Shown: piece by piece, positions 9,801 through 18,876 of the stretch
How the letters are laid out: each line of letters begins with the position of its first letter
Numbering within the stretch: position 1 is the stretch's first letter
The notes under the pieces: model-generated
What the model was told of the DNA's origin: nothing
What the model saw: only the letters and a program-made list of their open reading frames with translations
Database searches by the model: none
Position numbers and translations under genes: made by a program
Assembly: GCA_965204725.1 (NCBI GenBank)
Contig: OZ242005.1
Location: forward strand, 3,392,001-3,456,000
Length of the DNA stretch: 64,000 nt
Reading direction: 5' to 3'
DNA from: Candidatus Latescibacterota bacterium
GTDB lineage: Bacteria; Latescibacterota; UBA2968; UBA8231

Positions 9801-10583
9801 ATGAAGCTAAAAGACAGAGTGGCCCTCGTCACCGGGGGCAGCAGCGGCATTGGCCGAGCTGCGGCCGTGGCCATGGCCCGCGAAGGGGCCAAGATCGCGC
9901 TGACAGCTCGCCGCGCCGAGCGCTGTGCGGAAGCCGTAGCCGAAATCGAAGGGCTAGGCGGCCAAGCACTGGCCTTGCCCGGCGACGTGGCTAACGCCGA
10001 GCACGTAGCCGGGCTGGTCGCGGCCACGGTTGAGCGGTGGGGCCACCTCGACATCGTCGTGCCCAACGCCGGCATCAACGGAGTCTTTGCTCCCATCGAG
10101 GACATCACCCCCGAGGAGTGGGATCAGACGCACCACATCAACGTGCGCGGCACCTTCCTCTCCGTTAAATACGCCATCCCCCATCTGCGGGCGGCGGGCG
10201 GCGGCAGCATCATCGTGGTCTCCTCGGTCAACGGCAACCGCATCTTCTCCAACTTCGGCTTTACCGCGTATTCCTGCTCCAAGGCCGCGCAAGTGACCTT
10301 TGCCAAAATGGCCGCGGTCGAGCTAGCGCAGTGGGACATTCGCATCAATGTGGTCTGCCCGGGCGCGACCCAAACCAGCATCGGCGAGAACACCTTCCCC
10401 CGCGACCTCGACAAAATTCGCATCCCCCGCGAGTTCCCCCAAGGCATGATCCCCCTACAACAACGCGCCGCCAGTGCCGAGGAGGTCGCCAACGCCATTG
10501 TCTTTTTAGCCTCGGACGAGGCCAGCTACATCACGGGGACCGAGATGTACGTCGATGGGGCGCTGTCGCTGTTTCAGGGGTGA
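9801..10583 (+). CDS. SDR family oxidoreductase
   Basis: TGGSSGIG, PNAG, YSCSK. Confidence 0.93.
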   Translation: MKLKDRVALVTGGSSGIGRAAAVAMAREGAKIALTARRAERCAEAVAEIEGLGGQALALPGDVANAEHVAGLVAATVERWGHLDIVVPNAGINGVFAPIEDITPEEWDQTHHINVRGTFLSVKYAIPHLRAAGGGSIIVVSSVNGNRIFSNFGFTAYSCSKAAQVTFAKMAAVELAQWDIRINVVCPGATQTSIGENTFPRDLDKIRIPREFPQGMIPLQQRAASAEEVANAIVFLASDEASYITGTEMYVDGALSLFQG

Positions 10584-10636
10584 GAGCGTCCGCTGCACAA
10601 ACCGGAACACCACCAATCCTTACGGAGATAGACGAA

Positions 10637-13357
10637 ATGACCAATGCAAATGTTGGAATCTTGATGGTCCTACTCGTGGTGTTAAGTACTAGCCCAACTC
10701 AAGCAAGCGTCGCGGGCGAAAGCCAGTCGGTTCCTCCTTGCAGTAGAGCCGCAGCCTCGCCAGAGCAAGAGTGGTCGTCGCCGCGTCCGGCGGCCAAGCG
10801 GCTGGCAAATTTGAACGTCGGCGTACCGCGCACCGTACGGCTCATCTACTTCTTGCCCAACGACCGTCCATACCGCGCCGAAGTGGTCCATTCGATGAAA
10901 GCGATGGTTCGCCGGGTTCAGACCTTCTATGCAGAGCAGATGCAGGTGCATGGCTATGGGGATAGAACCTTCCGCTTTGAAACCGATGCCGCAGGCGAGC
11001 CGATGGTGCATCGCGTCGATGGGAGGCACTCCGATAGCTACTATCTCAACTATACGTATCGCGATGTGCGCGAAGAGCTCGATCAAGTTTTTGATCTCTG
11101 GAGTAATATTTACATCATCGTAGTTGATAATAGTATCCATGGGATTGGTTTTTGGGGTGGATTAGTGGGAGGCATTGGAATCTATACCGGCAAAAGCAAT
11201 GGTGGCTTGGGGATGTTTTCTGAAGAATCCAGCTTTATAACAATGGCCCATGAACTGGGCCATACCTTCGGATTATCGCACGATTTCAGGGATGATACGT
11301 ACATCATGTCGTATGGCCCGGGGGGACGGCTGTCGGCGTGCGCTGCCGGACTTTTGGCTGTACATCCTTACTTCGATTATGATGTCCCAACTAGCTACAT
11401 AGAGTCGCCAACCATCGAACTCATTTCACCGCGATATCCGGCCGGGTCAAACAGTGCCTCCGTCCAACTCAGAGTCCGCGATTCAGACGGGCTTCACCAA
11501 GTGACCTTATTCAATTTTACAAGAAAGCCACATTTTTCCGCTGGGGCTAAGGAAGTGAAGGCGTGTCGTAGATTGATGGGTGAAAGAGGGGCCATCGTTG
11601 AATTCGATTATGATGGCGTTGTTCCATCTGCGCCTCTTACGACGAATCTTTCTATGTCTCCCGTGCATACTATTCAGGTTGACGCCATTGATACGGATGG
11701 AGATACAAATACAGGCTATGGACTGTTTATCCTCGCGGAAATTTCGCCACATCATATCGCCACCCTTGAGGGACATGGGGGTGAGGGGTATGGGATTGCG
11801 GTAGCATTTTCGCCGGATGGGAAAACCCTCGCAACCGGATCAGAGTATGGTGCAGTTAAGCTGTGGGACGCGACCACGAAAACAAATATCGCCACCCTCG
11901 GAGCTACAGAGGGTGTCTCTTCGGTGGCGTTTTCGCCGGATGGAGCCACCCTCGCGACCGGATCGTGGAATGGTGTAGTTAAGCTGTGGGATGCGACCAC
12001 GAAAACAAATATCGCCACCCTTGAGGGGCATAGGGAGACTAGGATTGTGGTAGCGTTTTCGCCGGATGGAGCCACCCTCGCGACCGGATCACGGAGTGGC
12101 GAGGTTACGTTATGGGACGCGACCACGAAAACGAACATCGCCACCTTCGGAGCAACGGGAAGCATATCTTCGGTAGCATTTTCGCCGGATGGGATCATCC
12201 TCGCGGCCGGGGCAAGTGATGACACGATCCAACTGTGGGATGTGTCTGAGTGGGCGGCGTCCCGTACTCAAAGTCTGGTGATAACCTCCGACGATGAGCA
12301 ACAGGAGGCCGAGCAGGATACTACCACCGATGAGCAACAGGAGGCCGAGCAGGATACTACCACTAACGGGCGATCTATGACCCAGACCGTGGCTAAGGTC
12401 TCCGGCGATGGCCAAGAAGGCCCAGCCTTCACACAACTGGACGAGCCGTTTGTGGTTTCGGTGTTGGATCAAGACAGTTCACCCCTTGCCGGGGCGGTCG
12501 TCACCTTTTCGGTTGCCGTTGGCGGAGGACTGCTGTCATCTGCCAGCGACACCAATCCTTGCACCATTGCGTCCTCTACGTCTTCTACCACCGCCACTAC
12601 CGATGCCAACGGCCAAGCCGCAACCCGGCTGACGCTGGGCAGCGAGCCGGGAATGAACGCCGTGGAGGCCATCGTGGAGGGACTAAAGCCGGTGACCTTT
12701 ACCGCTACCGCCGCCGCGCAAGCAAGGCCCCATAGTCTGACGAAGCTCTGCGGCGATGGCCAAAAAGGTACGGCCTACGAACAACTCGATGAGTCGTTTG
12801 TGGTTTTACTATTGGACGAAAATGGAGCGGCGATGGCCGGGGTAGCTGTGTCGTTTTCGGTTGCCGCTGGCGGGGGGACGCTGTCGTCCACCACGGCCAC
12901 GACCAATGCCAATGGTCGTGCTGCGACCCGGCTGATGCTGGGCAGCGAGCCGGGAACGAATACCGTAGAGGCCGCCGTAGAGGGACTAGAGCCGGTGACC
13001 TTTACCGCTGTCGGGCAAGAGTCGCCCTTGGCTAGTCTTTTCGATGATTTTCTGAGTGGTAAGCTGGTAGCCCTGCCTAATAGCCCGCAGTTGGTGCAAA
13101 ACGCGCCCAATCCGTTCAACAGCCAGACGATCTTTGCCTATTTCCTGCCAGCGGCCGGTCCAGCGCGTTTAGAAGTATTCACACTGACCGGGCAACGGGT
13201 GGCGGTCTTACACCAAGGCCCGCAGCAGGCCGGCTACCACCGCCTCCGCTGGAATGGCCTCGACGACGCCGGTCGCCCCGTAGCCAGCGGCCTGTACCTA
13301 TACAGGCTCGTGACGGACGAAGTCGCATTGACACGCAAGCTCATGCTGCTGCGTTGA
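10637..13357 (+). CDS. Secreted metzincin-like protease + WD40 repeats + Ig-like (Big_1) domains + FlgD-Ig-like tail
   Basis: HELGHTFGLSH with Met-turn YIMSY; four VAFSPDG..LATGS..LWD repeats; TTDANGQA Ig-like repeats; start 10637 chosen by homology to 7003 and GGAG RBS. Confidence 0.85.
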   Translation: MTNANVGILMVLLVVLSTSPTQASVAGESQSVPPCSRAAASPEQEWSSPRPAAKRLANLNVGVPRTVRLIYFLPNDRPYRAEVVHSMKAMVRRVQTFYAEQMQVHGYGDRTFRFETDAAGEPMVHRVDGRHSDSYYLNYTYRDVREELDQVFDLWSNIYIIVVDNSIHGIGFWGGLVGGIGIYTGKSNGGLGMFSEESSFITMAHELGHTFGLSHDFRDDTYIMSYGPGGRLSACAAGLLAVHPYFDYDVPTSYIESPTIELISPRYPAGSNSASVQLRVRDSDGLHQVTLFNFTRKPHFSAGAKEVKACRRLMGERGAIVEFDYDGVVPSAPLTTNLSMSPVHTIQVDAIDTDGDTNTGYGLFILAEISPHHIATLEGHGGEGYGIAVAFSPDGKTLATGSEYGAVKLWDATTKTNIATLGATEGVSSVAFSPDGATLATGSWNGVVKLWDATTKTNIATLEGHRETRIVVAFSPDGATLATGSRSGEVTLWDATTKTNIATFGATGSISSVAFSPDGIILAAGASDDTIQLWDVSEWAASRTQSLVITSDDEQQEAEQDTTTDEQQEAEQDTTTNGRSMTQTVAKVSGDGQEGPAFTQLDEPFVVSVLDQDSSPLAGAVVTFSVAVGGGLLSSASDTNPCTIASSTSSTTATTDANGQAATRLTLGSEPGMNAVEAIVEGLKPVTFTATAAAQARPHSLTKLCGDGQKGTAYEQLDESFVVLLLDENGAAMAGVAVSFSVAAGGGTLSSTTATTNANGRAATRLMLGSEPGTNTVEAAVEGLEPVTFTAVGQESPLASLFDDFLSGKLVALPNSPQLVQNAPNPFNSQTIFAYFLPAAGPARLEVFTLTGQRVAVLHQGPQQAGYHRLRWNGLDDAGRPVASGLYLYRLVTDEVALTRKLMLLR
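12292..12363 (+). repeat. Exact 36-bp tandem duplication encoding the DEQQEAEQDTTT linker twice
   Basis: cgatgagcaacaggaggccgagcaggatactaccac x2. Confidence 0.9.
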
Positions 13358-13425
13358 TTGCTTCGCACGGAACCGGCACGTACTCTGCCGATCGCTTGGG
13401 CGATAGAAAGATGAGAGCACACCAT

Positions 13426-13460
13426 GGGAGCGGTCCCACACAGGAACCGCTCCCTTCTTT
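13426..13460 (+). terminator. Putative intrinsic terminator
   Basis: GGGAGCGGT/ACCGCTCCC stem followed by TTCTTT, downstream of the 13357 stop. Confidence 0.5.
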
Positions 13461-13561
13461 GCGGCCATTCCCGGTGCGGTTGTCGCCGATAGAGTGGGGA
13501 TATATTTTCAGAATTACGGACAAAGTGGCTACATACGCTTCAAACTGGACGAGGCTCCGGT

Positions 13562-14683
13562 ATGACGATACATAGACTGAAAGTCTCAGGACTGTTGTCC
13601 TTCGGGCCGCAGGGGATCGATCTGCCGATGGAACCGCTGAACGTCCTGATCGGCCCAAACGGTGCGGGAAAATCTAATCTGCTCGAAGTGCTGGCCTTGC
13701 TGAGGGCTGCGCCGCGTGAACTGGCGAGACCGATCAAGCGAGGCGGCGGAATCTGGGAATGGCTCTGGAAGGGCGACGAGTCGCCTCACAAGGCAACGAT
13801 GGAAGCCACCGTTGACGATCCCAAGAAGGACAGTCCCTTACGACACGTGCTGGAATTTACCGACCACGGTGGACGCTTTGAAGTCACTGATGAGCGCATT
13901 GAATGCGCGGAGACCAAGTTCTCCTATCGCCTTTATCAGGAATTTCACAGGCTTGGCCGCGCTACTCGTACGAGAGAAAAGCCGGAGGAGTCTGTTCTGT
14001 CTCAGGTCCGCGACGTACAAACGTATCCCGCGCTGCACTGCCTACAGGAGCAATACGAGCGCATTCGCCTGTATCGAAATTGGTCATTCGGTCCTGCGGC
14101 GGAGTTGCGCCGGAACCAGAGTACGCACGACCCCTCCGACTTCCTGAGCGAAGGAGGATCGAATTTGGCCCTCGTCCTGTCACACTTCCGGGGGGAGCAC
14201 AAGCGGAAACTCGTCGCGGCGTTGCAGGAACTCTTTGACGGCATCGTGGACGTCAACTGCCCGGTGACGGGCGGGACGGTGTCGCTTTTTTTAGAAGAAC
14301 GGGGCGGACGCGAGATTCCAGCGAGCCGCCTGTCCGACGGCACCCTGCGCTACCTGTGCCTGCTGGCCGTTCTGCTGCATCCCGAGCCGCCTTCCTTGGT
14401 CGCCATTGAGGAGCCGGAGTTGGGCCTTCATCCCGACGTCGTCGCTCAGGTTGCGGAATTGCTCGTCGATGCCGCTCAGCGCATGCAGATCGTGGTCACT
14501 ACCCACTCGCGCATGTTGGTTGACGCGCTGTCGGACCATCCGTCAAGCGTCGTAGTGTGCGAGCAGGAGAACGGCGAGTCGCGGTTCGAGCGGTTGGACA
14601 GCACGAGATTGAAAACTTGGTTGGACGAGTATAGCCTCGGCGAGCTCTGGGGTTCGGGGCAACTCGGCGGTAATCGCTGGTGA
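13562..14683 (+). CDS. AAA_21-type ABC-like ATPase (toxin/defence-associated)
   Basis: GPNGAGKSN Walker A, LSDGT signature, IEEPELGLHP, TTHS, LGELWGSGQLGG end. Confidence 0.9.
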   Translation: MTIHRLKVSGLLSFGPQGIDLPMEPLNVLIGPNGAGKSNLLEVLALLRAAPRELARPIKRGGGIWEWLWKGDESPHKATMEATVDDPKKDSPLRHVLEFTDHGGRFEVTDERIECAETKFSYRLYQEFHRLGRATRTREKPEESVLSQVRDVQTYPALHCLQEQYERIRLYRNWSFGPAAELRRNQSTHDPSDFLSEGGSNLALVLSHFRGEHKRKLVAALQELFDGIVDVNCPVTGGTVSLFLEERGGREIPASRLSDGTLRYLCLLAVLLHPEPPSLVAIEEPELGLHPDVVAQVAELLVDAAQRMQIVVTTHSRMLVDALSDHPSSVVVCEQENGESRFERLDSTRLKTWLDEYSLGELWGSGQLGGNRW

Positions 14684-14712
14684 GTGCCGTCCTCTATATC
14701 GAAGGCGGTTGA
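14680..14712 (+). pseudogene. 10-codon remnant of a DUF4276/TOPRIM-like partner gene
   Basis: GTGA overlap with the ATPase stop; reads MSAVLYIEGG then stop. Confidence 0.55.
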
Positions 14713-14753
14713 GGATACTCGTACCTAATCGATAAAATCGCTACTCATACCTA

Positions 14754-14791
14754 TTGCAACGGCATCATATATGTAGTACGCTGTACTACAT
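14754..14791 (+). promoter_or_regulatory. Sigma70-like promoter with overlapping palindromic operator
   Basis: TTGCAA-17nt-TACGCT; inverted repeat ATGTAGTAC-gct-GTACTACAT at 14771-14791. Confidence 0.55.
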
Positions 14792-15068
14792 GAACAAAAG
14801 CGAACTATATAGCTGGCGCGTCTCGCCCGAAGTGAAGAATGGTCTTGAAGCCGCGGCCCGAGCCCATAAAACGAGCGTAGCCCAACTTCTCGACCAGATC
14901 GTGTCTCAGTGGCTCAACCGGGAAGAGGCTGGAGACGACGAAATGCAAGAACAGATTCGCAACGCCGCCATGCAGACCTTTGGCACCATCCGGGGCGGCG
15001 ATCCCCTCCGTTCACAGCAAGTGAGGCAACGGGTGCGTACCCGATTACAACAACGCCGTGCGGGCTAA
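14790..15068 (+). CDS. Orphan ribbon-helix-helix antitoxin-like protein
   Basis: YSWRVSPEVKNGLEAAAR...SVAQLL N-terminus; FGTIRGG in C-terminal part; no toxin gene follows. Confidence 0.65.
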   Translation: MNKSELYSWRVSPEVKNGLEAAARAHKTSVAQLLDQIVSQWLNREEAGDDEMQEQIRNAAMQTFGTIRGGDPLRSQQVRQRVRTRLQQRRAG

Positions 15069-15070
15069 GG

Positions 15071-15847
15071 TCAAAAAGCCGTCGGTCGGCCCTGCGCCCC
15101 ATCCACGGGAATCATCGCTCCATTGATCCAATTCGCACGCTCGGACACCAAAAACGCCACCACATCTGCCACCTCTTTTGGCGTTCCCAAACGCCCAGCG
15201 GGAAACTCCCGTTCCACAAACTGGGCAAAACGCTCGGGTTGCTCCTCCTGAAATCGCGCCCACCCACCGCCGGGGAAAAATATCGACCCCGGCGCGACCG
15301 CATTGACCCGCACTCCGCACTCGGCCAGTTCCAGCGCCAGCGCCCCAGCGAGAAAAATCTCCGCGGCCTTCGCGCTTCCGTATTGAGACTTAGGCCCGGG
15401 CTTCCAGCCCGAGATCGACGAGACGATCACCACCGCACCCCCGCCTCGCTGCCGCATGTAAGGCAGCACCGCCCGCGTCGTGCGCACAGCGTGGAGCGCG
15501 TTTAGGTCAAAGGTTTCCTCCCAGTCCTCATCAGCGGTTTCGAGCAGGCTCTGTCCGCCAGCCGCTCCGCCCACATTGTTGACCAAGACATCCACACCGC
15601 CCCACTCGGCCGCGCAGCGCGCGACAACGGCCTCCACATCCTTCCGCGAGCGCACATCGGCGACCTCGGCGATGGCTTCGGCCCCAGTGGCCCGCACCTG
15701 CTGCAATGCGCGGTCGAGCGGCTCTCGGTCGCGGGCGCAAATCGCCACCTTGCACCCCTCGTTGGCCAGTGCCAACGCAATCGCCCGGCCAATCCCCCGA
15801 CTCCCTCCAGTTATCAGCGCGATTTTGTCTTTCAGTCCTAGATCCAT
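15071..15847 (-). CDS. SDR family oxidoreductase
   Basis: TGGSRGIG, NNVG, YGSAK. Confidence 0.93.
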   Translation of the reverse strand: MDLGLKDKIALITGGSRGIGRAIALALANEGCKVAICARDREPLDRALQQVRATGAEAIAEVADVRSRKDVEAVVARCAAEWGGVDVLVNNVGGAAGGQSLLETADEDWEETFDLNALHAVRTTRAVLPYMRQRGGGAVVIVSSISGWKPGPKSQYGSAKAAEIFLAGALALELAECGVRVNAVAPGSIFFPGGGWARFQEEQPERFAQFVEREFPAGRLGTPKEVADVVAFLVSERANWINGAMIPVDGAQGRPTAF

Positions 15848-16996
15848 TTACGACCTCCTTTGTGCAAAGCGGGAAAGGCGCAGGAATTCGATGGGGTGTT
15901 TGGTATCGCCTTCCAACGCCAATTCAGCCAAAATTTCGCCCACCACCGGTGCGAACTTAAAGCCGTGGCCGGAAAAGCCCGCGCCGAGCACCACGGCCGG
16001 GCATTCGGGGTGGACATCCAAGACGAAGTGCTTGTCCGGCGTCAGCGAATACATGCAGGCCGCGTACTTGCTCAGCGCGGGTTGCAGCGCGGGGAAAAAT
16101 CGCGCCAGAAAGTCGAGGACAGCGCGCTGATCGCCGGCGGTCAATGCGCGATTGAGTTGGAGCGGGTCGGCCACCGGGTCGTGCGACACGTTGTGCTCGG
16201 CCACCTTTAGGCCCCACGGCACCTCGGCGGGAAAACCATAGAAATAGTGTGCGCCAGCGGCGATGAAGAAGCAGGGGAACGCGCCGCGCGCGTACTGCTC
16301 TACGCCGCGTCCTTGGTACCACAACTGCACCTTGCGAACTACTTGCGCCGCTACGCCCAGCCGGCATAGCTCCGGCACCGCCCAAGCCCCGGCTGTGAGC
16401 ACCAACCGCGTGGCGAGCAAACGCCGTCGCTCAGTTTCTACAACCACCCCTTCGCCATCGCTCTGCCACGACAGCATGGCCTCTCCGGCGTAGAGCTGCG
16501 CGCCGTGCTTTTGGGCCAACGCGACGTGCCGGCGGACGCCCTCCTCGACCCGGAGGAAGCCGCCCAAGGGATCGTAAAAGCCGCTCCACTCCGCCGGCAA
16601 GGCCAAGCTGGGATAGCGCGAAGCAATGGCCGCTGCATCGAGCGATTCATGCGGCAGGTCGTGGGCCTGATAACAAGCGGCCTGCCCCTGCATGGCCTCC
16701 GCGTTGGGATCGCCCGCGACTAGCAGCCCGACCTCGGCCAAGAGTTCTCCGGCCTCTTCGGCCGCTAGCTCCTCCCACAGCGCGTAGGCCCGGTGTAGCA
16801 AGGGCACGTAGTCGGGATGCTCCATGTAGGCTTTGCGAATGATGCGGGTGTCCCCGTGCGAAGACCCCCGGTCGTGGGCGATGCCAAAGCGCTCCACAGC
16901 GCACACGCGCACGCCGCGGCGCGCCAAGTGGTAGAGCGCGGCACTTCCCATGCCGCCCGCCCCGGCGACGACGACATCGTATCGTTCTGTGACCAT
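15848..16996 (-). CDS. solA: N-methyl-L-tryptophan/sarcosine oxidase family flavoprotein
   Basis: GAGGMGSA, HDRGSSHGDTRIIR, CMY, GFSGHGFKFAP. Confidence 0.85.
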   Translation of the reverse strand: MVTERYDVVVAGAGGMGSAALYHLARRGVRVCAVERFGIAHDRGSSHGDTRIIRKAYMEHPDYVPLLHRAYALWEELAAEEAGELLAEVGLLVAGDPNAEAMQGQAACYQAHDLPHESLDAAAIASRYPSLALPAEWSGFYDPLGGFLRVEEGVRRHVALAQKHGAQLYAGEAMLSWQSDGEGVVVETERRRLLATRLVLTAGAWAVPELCRLGVAAQVVRKVQLWYQGRGVEQYARGAFPCFFIAAGAHYFYGFPAEVPWGLKVAEHNVSHDPVADPLQLNRALTAGDQRAVLDFLARFFPALQPALSKYAACMYSLTPDKHFVLDVHPECPAVVLGAGFSGHGFKFAPVVGEILAELALEGDTKHPIEFLRLSRFAQRRS

Positions 16997-17040
16997 TAGC
17001 TCAATTCCCTCCTTTACTACCCGATCCCAGCCCGTCGCCT

Positions 17041-17096
17041 GCCTGGGATCGAGGGCATCTTGCCCTCGCGAGGGCGGGACGCCCTCGATCCCGGGC
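17041..17096. repeat. REP-like doublet of two inverted GC-rich hairpins
   Basis: gcctgggatcGAGGGCatcttGCCCTC-gc-GAGGGCgggacGCCCTCgatcccgggc; whole unit is an imperfect palindrome. Confidence 0.7.
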
Positions 17097-17210
17097 GCAA
17101 CGGCAACACCCGAAAAGGCGGACGCAAAGCAAGTGTCGCGTACTTAGCTTGACGCTACTATGCCCAACCGCGATACTTTTTTCTTCATCACCCCAACTCA
17201 AGGCTTAGCC

Positions 17211-17774
17211 GTGCGCATTGTCACTGGCACCTATCGCGGTCGGCAGATTCCCTCCGGGCGACGCCTGCGCCAGATCCGCCTCACTTCGACGCGCCTCAAA
17301 GAAGCCGTATTTTCCATGCTCGGCCCCGACTTGAACGGCCGGACCTTCCTCGACTTGTGTGCTGGCTCGGGCCAGATGGGGCTCGAAGCACTGAGCCGGG
17401 GCGCACATGTCGAGCTCAACGAACCCGATCACCGGCGGCGGCGTCAGATCCGCGCCCTGCTCTACCAATGGCGGGCGGGCGTCGCCGGCCTGCACTCGGC
17501 CAAGGCCCAACACCTCATTCCCCAGCTAGCAGCGGCCGGACACCGCTTCGACATCGTGTACGCCGACCCCCCGTACCATGCCCGCTACTGCGGTGCCCCG
17601 CTACTGCTGGGCCTAATCGAAGCCCTTGGGGAATCCCCGCTCCTCAACGACGAGGGCCTGCTGTTCGTGCAGCACCAAATCGACTTGGCCGTGCCCGAGC
17701 GGACAGGCCACCTCGCGCACATCGAGCAACGAGCCTACGGCAACACCACCCTCAGCATCTATCGCCTCGCCTGA
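17211..17774 (+). CDS. rsmD: 16S rRNA m2G966 methyltransferase family
   Basis: RIVTGTYRGR, LDLCAGSGQMGLEALSRGA, DPPY, RAYGNT. Confidence 0.88.
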   Translation: MRIVTGTYRGRQIPSGRRLRQIRLTSTRLKEAVFSMLGPDLNGRTFLDLCAGSGQMGLEALSRGAHVELNEPDHRRRRQIRALLYQWRAGVAGLHSAKAQHLIPQLAAAGHRFDIVYADPPYHARYCGAPLLLGLIEALGESPLLNDEGLLFVQHQIDLAVPERTGHLAHIEQRAYGNTTLSIYRLA

Positions 17775-17778
17775 TCCC

Positions 17779-18876
17779 ATGAAAATTACCCACGTCGAAG
17801 CCATACCCGTGCGCGTACCCAGGCCGCAGCCGTTCCAAAGCAGCCTCGGCACGCATCAAGCCTCTGAAAACGCCATCGTCTTGATCCACACCGACGCCGG
17901 TCTCACCGGCCTCGGCGAAGCCTCCAGCATCTGGGACCGCCGCGGACGCGGAGAAAGCGAGGCCATCAACGGGCTGCTCGCCGAGGTGCTGTGCGGCTTG
18001 GACCCGCGCCGCATTCGCCAGATCGCCGACCGCATGGACCGAGCTTTGCATCGCTCCTTCCCCGCGAAGGCCGGCATTGAAATGGCCCTCTACGACTTGG
18101 TCGGCAAAGCCTGCGGCGTGCCCGTTTACCAACTGCTCGGTGGGCTAGTCCGCGACCGCGTGTTGCTGAGTCATTCGCTATCTATGGGCGACCCCGAGGC
18201 CATCGCCGCCCAAGCCCAGAGCCTAGTGGCCGAGGGGTACAAAACCCTCAAGGCCAAAATCGGGCGCGACATTCGCGCCGACCTAGCCGTGCTCGCAGCC
18301 GTGCGCCGCGCAATCGGCGACGAGATCGTTCTGCGCGTAGATGCCAACATGGGCTGGTCCTCCGCCAAGGAAGCCGTGCGCCACATCGAGGCGATTGCAG
18401 ATTTTGACTTGGAGCTGGTCGAGCAGCCCTTAGCAGCCGACAACTTAGAGGGATTGCGCTTTGTACGCGAGCGCGTCTCACTGCCGATCATGGCCGACGA
18501 GAGCGTCTGGACTCCGGCCGACGCCCTCAACTGCATCCGCCACCAAGCCGTTGATGTTTTTAACGTGTACGTGTCGGAGGCCGGCGGCTTGGGTGCGGCC
18601 GCGCGCATTTTCGCCATTGCCGAAGCGGCGCGGCTTCCCTGTATCATCGGCAGTATGCCCGAGCTGGGGATCGGCACAGCGGCCCAAGCCCATCTCGCCT
18701 TTGCCATGCCCAACTTGGGCTACGCCAGCGACGTGAACGGCTGCGTCTATCACCGTGGTGACGTCATCCGCGAAAAGCTGCCCATCGCCGACGGGTACAT
18801 CCTCCCGCCCGCCGGGCCGGGCCTCGGCGTCAGCCTCAACGAGGACGCGGTCGCCGAGTACCGTTGCGACCGCTGA
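17779..18876 (+). CDS. Muconate cycloisomerase/dipeptide epimerase-like enolase superfamily protein
   Basis: KAKIG, RVDANMGW, VEQP, MADES. Confidence 0.88.
   Translation: MKITHVEAIPVRVPRPQPFQSSLGTHQASENAIVLIHTDAGLTGLGEASSIWDRRGRGESEAINGLLAEVLCGLDPRRIRQIADRMDRALHRSFPAKAGIEMALYDLVGKACGVPVYQLLGGLVRDRVLLSHSLSMGDPEAIAAQAQSLVAEGYKTLKAKIGRDIRADLAVLAAVRRAIGDEIVLRVDANMGWSSAKEAVRHIEAIADFDLELVEQPLAADNLEGLRFVRERVSLPIMADESVWTPADALNCIRHQAVDVFNVYVSEAGGLGAAARIFAIAEAARLPCIIGSMPELGIGTAAQAHLAFAMPNLGYASDVNGCVYHRGDVIREKLPIADGYILPPAGPGLGVSLNEDAVAEYRCDR

Noticed and set aside
10331-10636. 102-aa N-terminal extension of the 1008-aa ORF
   Set aside because: Overlaps the SDR gene; the start at 10637 is supported by RBS and homology to 7003
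11790-12245. DNA repeats of about 123-126 bp as a possible DGR or array
   Set aside because: Explained by WD40 coding repeats; differences are not adenine-specific and no reverse transcriptase is present
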